Below are positions 6,891-14,612 of a stretch of 45,759 nt of DNA, piece after piece. Under the pieces are notes generated by a model. It saw only the letters and a program-made list of their open reading frames with translations, did no database searches and was not told where the DNA came from. The DNA comes from a virus (lineage: Duplodnaviria; Caudoviricetes), in IMG/VR virus record IMGVR_UViG_3300012940_000040, positions 1-45,759 of that record; one strand, given 5' to 3'. Position 1 is the first letter of the stretch. Each line of letters starts with the position of its first letter. The position numbers and the translations under genes were made by a program.

Positions 6891-8600
6891 TTATTTTAAT
6901 TTACCCCAATTGGTGCCATATTCATACTTCACCCTTCCAATTAATCCATTTATATCTGCTTCCATAATTGTGTTTATTGTTTCAAATATATCAGTGTCAT
7001 TTATTAATTTATCTTCCAATTGTAATAATATAGAATCATGATTTTGAAGAATTATTTTATTTTTTTTCAAATTAACCTTTCTCTTTTCTAATATATCTAT
7101 AATCAATCTTATTTTAATATAAAGAAAATCTGAAGCGGTAGATGAAATATAGTTATTTAATAAAGCATGGCGTTTTTCAACTCTAATAAATCTTCCAAAG
7201 TAATTTTTAAGTAAATGATTTTTTACATTAAAATTTTCATTAGTAATTTTTTCTGTCAAACATTTGATAGCTTTAATAATCCAATGGTGTTCAATTTTTA
7301 ATTTTAAAAAATCCCTTATTTGCTCCATTTCACTTTTCTTTATTTCATCTTTATCTTCATCATTACAAAAATCATCAATAATTGAATCAATTATCTTATC
7401 TAAATTCATTCCATATATTAAAGAGTAATTAATTTTTTTGCCTAACACTCTGTATGAATCCTTATTTTCTAATATAAATTCTTCACCAAATAAATATTTT
7501 ACAATATCAATGTGAGGGTCTAATTCAGTAGTAATAGGAATGTTAGATAATAAACATAGAATATCAAACTCAAAACTTTTATAATCAAATTCTATTAAAG
7601 TACAATTTTTGTCTGCATTTAATATAATTCTTTGATCTTTATTTAAAGTTTGTAATGATTGATTTTTATTTAAATTGACTGGATAAATACGTCCTGTTAC
7701 AGTATCACTTCCATTATATTCATACTGAACCATTCCATTTTGTATAGGAAATTCTAAATCTTTGAATTTATTGAAATTTATGTTCTTGATTTTAATATTT
7801 GAAAAATAATTTTCAACGATAAAAATATTTTCGTAAAAATTATTGTATTTATTCAAATTATTAATACCTAGTACATGACTGCTTATATAATGAGTAGTAT
7901 TAGTATCAATTGATTTATAAGTACGCAAAAAATAAAAATAAACTACTAACCACTTATAGTATTCATTAAAATCATCAACCTTATAATCAAAAAACTTAAA
8001 ATAATCAAGGAAGCTATTAAAATTAAATGATTTATCAACTAAACCTTGTTCTTTTAAATTTAACTTTATATCATTATAAGCTATGAAATTAATTTTACTA
8101 TCCGGTAGTAATTCCTCAATGGTAGTTATTTTTTTATTTAAAACAAAAGAAAAGTAATTAAAATCTATTGTATATATGTTTTTCCCATCGAATAAATACT
8201 GAATATTGTTTTTTGTATTATTTATTTTAAAAATATCACCATTTATTTCCTGTAACTGTTCTTGTTTATAAACATTAATCCTTTTATATTCTTTAATTGG
8301 CAATAAAATATTTTCAAAAATAAATTCTTTTAAATTGGAGTAGTATAAATTTAAATCATTCAATTCATCAGGACTATAGTACCAATAAACGTTTTCAGCT
8401 ATTTTATGATCTGAAAATATCGCTGCCGTTTCAAATAAATATGCAGCTAATTCAAATCCATCTACTATTATATTATTGTCTTTATTAAATTCACCATTTA
8501 TAAAAGATTCACTATCAATAACTTCTAATATCAAAGGACAAGAAGTAGTATTTATTATTTTAATATTATCAGATACCAATGTAATAGCAAATAAATTCAT
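6891..8600 (-). CDS. Family A DNA polymerase-like protein (palm/fingers domain, divergent N-terminus)
   Basis: TVTGRI, motif A IEFDYKSFEF, motif B RVLGKKINYSLIYGM, NYFGR and motif C LQNHDSILL. Confidence 0.85.
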   Translation of the reverse strand: MNLFAITLVSDNIKIINTTSCPLILEVIDSESFINGEFNKDNNIIVDGFELAAYLFETAAIFSDHKIAENVYWYYSPDELNDLNLYYSNLKEFIFENILLPIKEYKRINVYKQEQLQEINGDIFKINNTKNNIQYLFDGKNIYTIDFNYFSFVLNKKITTIEELLPDSKINFIAYNDIKLNLKEQGLVDKSFNFNSFLDYFKFFDYKVDDFNEYYKWLVVYFYFLRTYKSIDTNTTHYISSHVLGINNLNKYNNFYENIFIVENYFSNIKIKNINFNKFKDLEFPIQNGMVQYEYNGSDTVTGRIYPVNLNKNQSLQTLNKDQRIILNADKNCTLIEFDYKSFEFDILCLLSNIPITTELDPHIDIVKYLFGEEFILENKDSYRVLGKKINYSLIYGMNLDKIIDSIIDDFCNDEDKDEIKKSEMEQIRDFLKLKIEHHWIIKAIKCLTEKITNENFNVKNHLLKNYFGRFIRVEKRHALLNNYISSTASDFLYIKIRLIIDILEKRKVNLKKNKIILQNHDSILLQLEDKLINDTDIFETINTIMEADINGLIGRVKYEYGTNWGKLK

Positions 8601-8629
8601 GGTGGCAATTTAAGTAAAAAAAATATGAA

Positions 8630-8637
8630 TATTTAAA
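8630..8637 (+). promoter_or_regulatory. Putative late promoter TATTTAAA (neck gene)
   Basis: The same octamer precedes nearly all structural transcription units in the window. Confidence 0.6.
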
Positions 8638-8656
8638 AATTAAACACTTATTTTAA

Positions 8657-9859
8657 ATGTATCTTGATATTACAGAAGCAGAATTACAGCAAATATATGA
8701 GGAAATTTTAACATTATTAGGTGCATATTCTATTGATGTTGATATTGAAAAAAGGGAAGTATTAGTTGTATTAAGAAGGGCTTTATTAGAATTTGAAAAA
8801 GAAACTTCACTTTGGCAATTAAGAAACCAATTTGGCAATGTTTATGGTTTACCTGCTGGACTTATTATGTCTAATCAAATAGCTACATTTAATATGAATT
8901 TAGTAACTCAAATTACAGATTGGGTTGCTAGTATGCAAAGATTAGGTGGTAAAATACCGTGGAAAAAAGATTATGTTACTTTAGAACCCGGTAGACAAAT
9001 TTACAATTTGGCAACTGAATCATCTAAACCATACCCTCCCGGTTCAAGAAGAATACATAGAGTTTTATGGTGTGCTACTCCTGAATTATTCGATGGTTAT
9101 CATTTTAATGGTAGATTAGATAATATTCAAGGAGATGATATTTTATATTCTTCTGCATGGAATTTTACTAATGCAGGTCTTAATTATGGTTCAAATCCAT
9201 TAACATTTTTAGGTTATGGATTTGATACAATTATGATGTTACAATCAATTGAAACTAGAAGAAAAATATTATTTTCTGAATTTTTTCATAATTTATCTGG
9301 TGATATTTTAGAATTATTACCTATGCCCGGTAGTAGATCATTATCTGTTAGGCCCGGAACTAGAGTATTTTATTATTATTGGGATGAAGCAGAAGTAATT
9401 GCAGCTAATAAAGTTATAAATGATACTGTTAATTCTTCAGTTAATTCAGAATTAAATATAATAGAAGGTGGCGGTTTAACTGGTTTACCTCCAAAAGACA
9501 AACCATTAATTGCTAATCCTCTTGATATGAAAATTGATGTTGTTCCGTGGTCTATGTTATCGCCGTGGGCTAAACAATTTGTATTTGAAATAACTTTTGC
9601 TCGTTGTAAATATATACAAGGCTCAAAATTAAGAGCAATTAAAAGAAATTTTTCAACTGGTGAAATGGAATTTGATATTGAATTTGATTATCAATCATTT
9701 TTAGATGAAGCAAGTAATGAAATTCAACAAATAAGGGATGAATTAAAAGCTACATTAGAAGCGTTGAATTTAGCTAATTTATATCAAGATAAATCTACTA
9801 TGATAGATGCTGCAAAAAATGCAAATAGAATGCAACCTAGACTTTGGAATTTAATGTAA
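8657..9859 (+). CDS. Neck/head-tail adaptor protein (T4 gp13-like)
   Basis: LLGA..IDVDIE at the N-terminus, KDYVTLEPGRQIYNL, and W.KQF..ARCKYIQG at the C-terminus resemble gp13-like proteins. A gp14-like gene follows. Confidence 0.7.
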   Translation: MYLDITEAELQQIYEEILTLLGAYSIDVDIEKREVLVVLRRALLEFEKETSLWQLRNQFGNVYGLPAGLIMSNQIATFNMNLVTQITDWVASMQRLGGKIPWKKDYVTLEPGRQIYNLATESSKPYPPGSRRIHRVLWCATPELFDGYHFNGRLDNIQGDDILYSSAWNFTNAGLNYGSNPLTFLGYGFDTIMMLQSIETRRKILFSEFFHNLSGDILELLPMPGSRSLSVRPGTRVFYYYWDEAEVIAANKVINDTVNSSVNSELNIIEGGGLTGLPPKDKPLIANPLDMKIDVVPWSMLSPWAKQFVFEITFARCKYIQGSKLRAIKRNFSTGEMEFDIEFDYQSFLDEASNEIQQIRDELKATLEALNLANLYQDKSTMIDAAKNANRMQPRLWNLM

Positions 9860-9882
9860 TTTTTTTGTTAATAATTAAAAAA

Positions 9883-10276
9883 ATGAATTTAATAAATAAA
9901 ATTTTATTAGAAAGCAAAGAAATAAATGCTTTAACTGTATTTCATGGAACTTGTAAAAAAAAATGCTGAATATTTATTATTAAATGGATGGCAACCTAGA
10001 AGTGGTGAATATGGTAGTAATATGGGTCAATCTAAATATTTATATGTAACAACAGGTGCAGAAGATGCACTTTGGTATGCTGAAGAAAAAGGATGTAATA
10101 CTATATTAATAATTGAAAATTTACCTTTGGAATATTTAAAACCAGACCCGGAAGATGAAGCTGGATATACAATGAAGGAATTATTAAATACGATAATAGA
10201 AAAACCAAATTTTCCTAGAAAATTTGTAATAATAAAACCATTAGATAAACATTATTTTAAACTATACAATATATAA
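9883..10276 (+). pseudogene. ADP-ribosyltransferase-like gene interrupted by a frameshift in an A9 run
   Basis: ATG 9883 reads MNLINKILLESKEINALTVFHGTCKKKC*. Removing one A from 9955-9963 joins VFHGT to KNAEYLLLNGW..YLYVT..A.WYA of the 9944 ORF, completing an ART-like pattern. Confidence 0.65.
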
Positions 10277-10845
10277 TGGCAAGATTAGGTCATCAAGGAA
10301 GCAATAAAGAAACAGATCATGGTAGACTTTACTGGAAAGATAATAAAACTATTGATTTTTTAAAAGAAAAAAGTAGAACGGTATTAGAAGAATATCAAGA
10401 TATTTCATTGCTATATTTTCAAATTGATTGGGCTAAATCGCAAAGAAATTTTTATGGAGAAATGAAATTTAAAAAATTTGTTAATCCATTAGGAGTTCAA
10501 GTAAAAGGTGCTATTAAAATGAATCAAGGTGATGAACAACAAAATCAAGGTATTCCTAGTAAAATAATGAAATTAACATTTAGTTGTTATACAGAACAAT
10601 TGAAAGAATTAGGAATTGAACCTAATTTTGGAGATTATTTTGCTTATGGACAAAGATTATATCAAATATATGATAAAACAATAAAAGATTATGGCCCCGG
10701 TAATGTTAATGGTAATAGAGAAAGAATGCGTATAGATTATTTATGCATTCAAGAAGATGATGAAACAATACAAAAAAATGCATGGGGTGATAATCTTGGT
10801 TTAGATATACAAATCAGAGGTAATGGTTCAATAGAAAATTTATAA
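10276..10845 (+). CDS. Head-closure/neck protein (T4 gp14-like)
   Basis: NFYGE..K.F and QLKELGIEPNFGDYF..RLYQI patterns, located next to the gp13-like gene. Confidence 0.6.
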   Translation: MARLGHQGSNKETDHGRLYWKDNKTIDFLKEKSRTVLEEYQDISLLYFQIDWAKSQRNFYGEMKFKKFVNPLGVQVKGAIKMNQGDEQQNQGIPSKIMKLTFSCYTEQLKELGIEPNFGDYFAYGQRLYQIYDKTIKDYGPGNVNGNRERMRIDYLCIQEDDETIQKNAWGDNLGLDIQIRGNGSIENL

Positions 10846-10855
10846 TAAAAAAACA

Positions 10856-11998
10856 ATGATACTTTATACAGGAAGAACAGTTAAATCAACTGAATTTGAT
10901 TACAATTATGTTGGATTAGAAAATGCAATAGATCAAGAAGGGCCGGGGTTTTATTTTTCAACAAGTATTAATACAGCTTTTGGATATGCTGGCAATGATG
11001 GTATTGTAATTATTGCTGATGTAGATACTACAAAATTTTTAACCAAAAAAAACAAACCAAAATTAAGTGATATTAAGAAATTAATATTAGCTGCGCCCGA
11101 TTTAGAAGATACATTAACTAATTTTGCAGAAGATTATAATAAAGCATTAAAAATTGCTATACAATCATATATAGAATATTATGATTCTGCTTTAGATTCT
11201 TATCAAACTATATGGCATGATTTTTACAGATATGAACCAGTTAAATACTTAGAACAATTAATTAAACTTGGTTATAATGGTCATTTCGGTGAATTATTTG
11301 AAAAATCTAATTTTGTTGAAGAATCGCAACATGTAGTAGTTTATAATAATAAAGTAATAAAAGTTTTAGATGTAAAATATTCAAAAGGAATAAATGAATC
11401 TAAAAATGCAATCAATAAAATTCTAAAAGAATCTGAAGAAATTGTTAATGAAATTGCTGTTCATGGATTAGGATATGGACTTATTCATGAAATAGGTGAT
11501 GGTTCTGGTAAATCATTTGATTTTAATCTAACGCAACACTCTAATGTATATGCAAAATATGAGTTTGAAACAGATCAAAATACAGAATACAAAGTTGCAT
11601 TTGTAAATGATAAATTAGATAATAAAAATAATCAAGATATTTGGGAATTATCTTTTGGAAATGTTAAAGATGCGTATGGTCATAAAGCTATGAGTACTGA
11701 AACAGATACAAATAAAGGTGAGCAATACAAAGTTATGGCTACAATTATTAATATTGTTAAAGATTTTATAAAAAGATACAAAAATATTGATGGTATTAGA
11801 TTTCATGGAACTGATGATAGACGAAATAATATGTATGCAAAATATGTGTCAAATCATATGGGTTCTAATTGGGAGGTAGGAATCGATAAAGAAGGTAATT
11901 TTATATTATCGCCAAAAGAAGTATCTATACTAGAAGAATCTTATAAAATGATAAAAGAATTAATTAAAAAATCTAAAATAAAAAAGGGAGTAAATTAA
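10856..11998 (+). CDS. Two-domain protein: N-terminal ART-like domain plus an uncharacterised C-terminal domain
   Basis: LYTGRT...GPGFYFSTS..TAFGYA...LGYNG...QHVVVYN resembles phage polyvalent-protein ART domains. The linker is GINESKNAINKILKESEEIVNE. Confidence 0.65.
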   Translation: MILYTGRTVKSTEFDYNYVGLENAIDQEGPGFYFSTSINTAFGYAGNDGIVIIADVDTTKFLTKKNKPKLSDIKKLILAAPDLEDTLTNFAEDYNKALKIAIQSYIEYYDSALDSYQTIWHDFYRYEPVKYLEQLIKLGYNGHFGELFEKSNFVEESQHVVVYNNKVIKVLDVKYSKGINESKNAINKILKESEEIVNEIAVHGLGYGLIHEIGDGSGKSFDFNLTQHSNVYAKYEFETDQNTEYKVAFVNDKLDNKNNQDIWELSFGNVKDAYGHKAMSTETDTNKGEQYKVMATIINIVKDFIKRYKNIDGIRFHGTDDRRNNMYAKYVSNHMGSNWEVGIDKEGNFILSPKEVSILEESYKMIKELIKKSKIKKGVN

Positions 11999-12013
11999 AT
12001 ACTCCCTTTTTTT
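11980..12013. terminator. Bidirectional intrinsic terminator
   Basis: AAAAAAGGGAGTA-loop-TACTCCCTTTTTTT between convergent genes. Confidence 0.85.
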
Positions 12014-12014
12014 A

Positions 12015-12560
12015 TTATTGCTCTAAAATTTTCCTTTCTACATCTAAATTTCTGTTAATTGCATTTTCTTCATTAAACTTTTCTGGATAACGTGATTTTA
12101 ATTTATCAATATTTAGTTGAAGAATACTTTCAATATTAAAATTTAATGTTTCGCATAATTGTAAAATTAATTGATTTAAATGATTAAAAAAACCAAATTG
12201 TTTATTAGCATCATATGGTTTTTTATAAGCAAATAATTTTTTATCTAAATCTTGTAATTCTCCAATACACACTAAAATATCTTCTACAATTTCTTTAGCA
12301 TCTTTTACAATTACACGTTTATATAAATCAGTAGTCAAAGATAATTTATGTAATGTGGCATAATTGGCTACATACCACATTAAATCACCAATTTCTTCTT
12401 TTACATTCACTACATCAAAATTAGAACTTGATAGTGGTTTTAATAATTCAGCAGATACTTCAGTATTCATACCAACTGTCATATGAATACTATCATGAAC
12501 TAATTCACCTAGATTAGCCATAGTTCTTGTGGCTTCTTTTTGATAAATTTCTATTTTCAT
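12015..12560 (-). CDS. MazG-like nucleotide pyrophosphohydrolase
   Basis: YQKEATRT, KEEIGDLMWYVA and NIDKLKSRYPEKF. An internal partial repeat (GELQDLDKK) is present. Confidence 0.85.
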   Translation of the reverse strand: MKIEIYQKEATRTMANLGELVHDSIHMTVGMNTEVSAELLKPLSSSNFDVVNVKEEIGDLMWYVANYATLHKLSLTTDLYKRVIVKDAKEIVEDILVCIGELQDLDKKLFAYKKPYDANKQFGFFNHLNQLILQLCETLNFNIESILQLNIDKLKSRYPEKFNEENAINRNLDVERKILEQ

Positions 12561-12571
12561 ATTTACTTTAG

Positions 12572-13267
12572 TTAAATTAAGAATTTTTCAATAAATGATT
12601 TTTCTTTCGAAAAAATAGGTGGTTGTATATCAATCACCCATTGATTTTTATTTTGTTTTTTCGGTTCAGAAAATTTGTTTAAAATTATTTTTTCAATTAA
12701 TTCTTGTTTAATAACAACCGGAAATTCTACTTTATAAAAACAAATTCCATTTGCATATTTTGTACCAATAAATTGTTTTATTGATTCTTGTTGCTTAAAA
12801 ATAAAATTATTTTCCACTTCAAAATATGGTAAATTATATACAGCTACACTAAAATAAGCAGGTTCGTAATTATCATATTTTAATTGTTTACTTAAATAAT
12901 TATTGAATTGATAAGTAAATTTAGAAGATATTGTACTTGTTATCTTTTGAATATCTCCTTTAAAATATTGCTCCTGTTCTTGTTTTTGATCATCCCTCAA
13001 TAAAAATAAAACTTCATCTTTTTGATAAAATGCAAAAACAATATTTCCTACTTCTTCACATATATTTCTAATTGTTAAAGCAAAAGCAGAAGCTATATCA
13101 ATATCTAAACTTTTATTTTCTAATAATAAATTATTCGTAAATTTATCATAATGTCTAAGGTTTACTTTAACAATTGCTGGTTGTTTGGGCATTAATTGAT
13201 TTTTAGTTACTTTTTCATACCCAAACATTCTTTCTCCTAAATTTATTTTTTTAATTTTCTGTTTCAT
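12572..13267 (-). CDS. tRNA(His) guanylyltransferase Thg1-like protein with a degenerate active site
   Basis: LGERMFGYE..LMPKQPAIVKVN, FYQKDEV, YFKGDIQKITSTISS and WVIDIQPPIFSK follow bacterial TLP architecture. Confidence 0.8.
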   Translation of the reverse strand: MKQKIKKINLGERMFGYEKVTKNQLMPKQPAIVKVNLRHYDKFTNNLLLENKSLDIDIASAFALTIRNICEEVGNIVFAFYQKDEVLFLLRDDQKQEQEQYFKGDIQKITSTISSKFTYQFNNYLSKQLKYDNYEPAYFSVAVYNLPYFEVENNFIFKQQESIKQFIGTKYANGICFYKVEFPVVIKQELIEKIILNKFSEPKKQNKNQWVIDIQPPIFSKEKSFIEKFLI

Positions 13268-13339
13268 ACATTATATAATTTATTTTTTGTTCTAATGTAA
13301 AAATTAAAACATTAAAACGAAAAAACAAAATTTAACCCC

Positions 13340-14425
13340 TTAGTTTGATAAGGGAGCCTTAATAGCTTCTTCTGATTTATAATTTTCTAGTACTATATCT
13401 TCAAATGTAAATTCTTCTAATGAAGAATAATTTTCTTTTGCAAATTTAATTGTAGGTAAATCATAACCATCTTTACTTAACTGTTCTATACATTGAGAAT
13501 AATGATTGTTGTAAATATGTGTATCGCCTCCAACAAACATTAATTCTTCAGGAATCATGTTTACTACTTTAGCAATCATAGTTAATAACAATCCATATGA
13601 AGCAATATTAAATGGTAACCCTAAAAAGGTATCTACACTTCTTTGATTCCATTGCAAAGAAATAGCCCGTTTTGGAATGTTATGAGAATCTAAAAATTTT
13701 TCTTCAGGAATCATAACATAGTCAGAATGTTTTTTAGAATAAAAATCTATTCTTTCTTGAAGTGTTAATTTCCTTGTCCACACTTGAAATGAATAATGAC
13801 AAGGTGGTAAAGTCATTTCATCTATTTCACTAACATTCCATGCACTAACAATCATTCTACGATCATCTGGATTATTTTTCAATCTTTCGATAATATCTTT
13901 TATTTGATCATAATGAGATACTTTTTTCTTAGAATTATAATTTGTCCAATTACGCCATTGCTTGCCATATACAGGCCCTAAATCGCCAAATTTTAAAGTA
14001 AAAAATCTATCAAATTTTTCTCCTTTTATTTTATTTACAAACGTTTCTAAACTATGTGGTTTGCCATTTCCACCTATGAATCCGTATATTGAAAACTCTT
14101 GTAAAATTTTTTCATTTCCGGGTTTACATGCATTTTCAATTGTTTGGCAATATTTTTTATATGCATCGCCATTCCAAATGTTAACATTATTATCAACTAA
14201 GTATTTAATGTTAGTATCACCACGAAGAAACCATATAAGTTCATGCACAATGCCTTTCCAATAAACCTTTTTAGTAGTTAATATAGGAAAACCATCATTC
14301 ATTTTATGTTTTAATGAAGTGCCAAATATAGAGGTAGTTCCCGTACCTGTTCGATCTTCCTTTTTATAACCAACATTCAGAATTTCTCGTAATAATTCTT
14401 GATACTTTCTGTCTAAATTATTCAT
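13340..14425 (-). CDS. thyA: Thymidylate synthase
   Basis: DRTGTGT, ELIWFLRG, LGPVYGKQWR, catalytic LPPCH, QRSVD..LGLPFNIASY and GDTHIY. Confidence 0.97.
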   Translation of the reverse strand: MNNLDRKYQELLREILNVGYKKEDRTGTGTTSIFGTSLKHKMNDGFPILTTKKVYWKGIVHELIWFLRGDTNIKYLVDNNVNIWNGDAYKKYCQTIENACKPGNEKILQEFSIYGFIGGNGKPHSLETFVNKIKGEKFDRFFTLKFGDLGPVYGKQWRNWTNYNSKKKVSHYDQIKDIIERLKNNPDDRRMIVSAWNVSEIDEMTLPPCHYSFQVWTRKLTLQERIDFYSKKHSDYVMIPEEKFLDSHNIPKRAISLQWNQRSVDTFLGLPFNIASYGLLLTMIAKVVNMIPEELMFVGGDTHIYNNHYSQCIEQLSKDGYDLPTIKFAKENYSSLEEFTFEDIVLENYKSEEAIKAPLSN

Positions 14426-14475
14426 ATTTTGATTTTTTTAATACATTTTTAGTGGCTTCTATAACCATCTTCGTT

Positions 14476-14507
14476 CAAATGTAAATGGTAAAAATGAAGA
14501 ATCCAAA
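14476..14507 (-). promoter_or_regulatory. Bacteroidota-type -33/-7 promoter for thyA-thg1-mazG
   Basis: TTTG (14507-14504), 20-nt spacer, TACATTTG (14483-14476). Confidence 0.6.
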
Positions 14508-14612
14508 ATAACGGCTGAAAACTTTTTTTTTAATAAAACCGTACACAAATATGGAGAGATAATAAGATTATTATTATTTCTTTTTTTAAAAGATTAATAT
14601 TTACTTTACAGT

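Noticed and set aside
9944-10276. 110-aa ORF taken as a complete gene starting MELVKK
   Set aside because: The conserved-looking VFHGT segment and a better start lie upstream in another frame, so it is treated as a frameshifted gene from 9883.
13340-14425. thyA as a dCMP hydroxymethylase indicating modified DNA
   Set aside because: It keeps the dUMP-specifying Asn (PFNIASY) and all canonical ThyA motifs.
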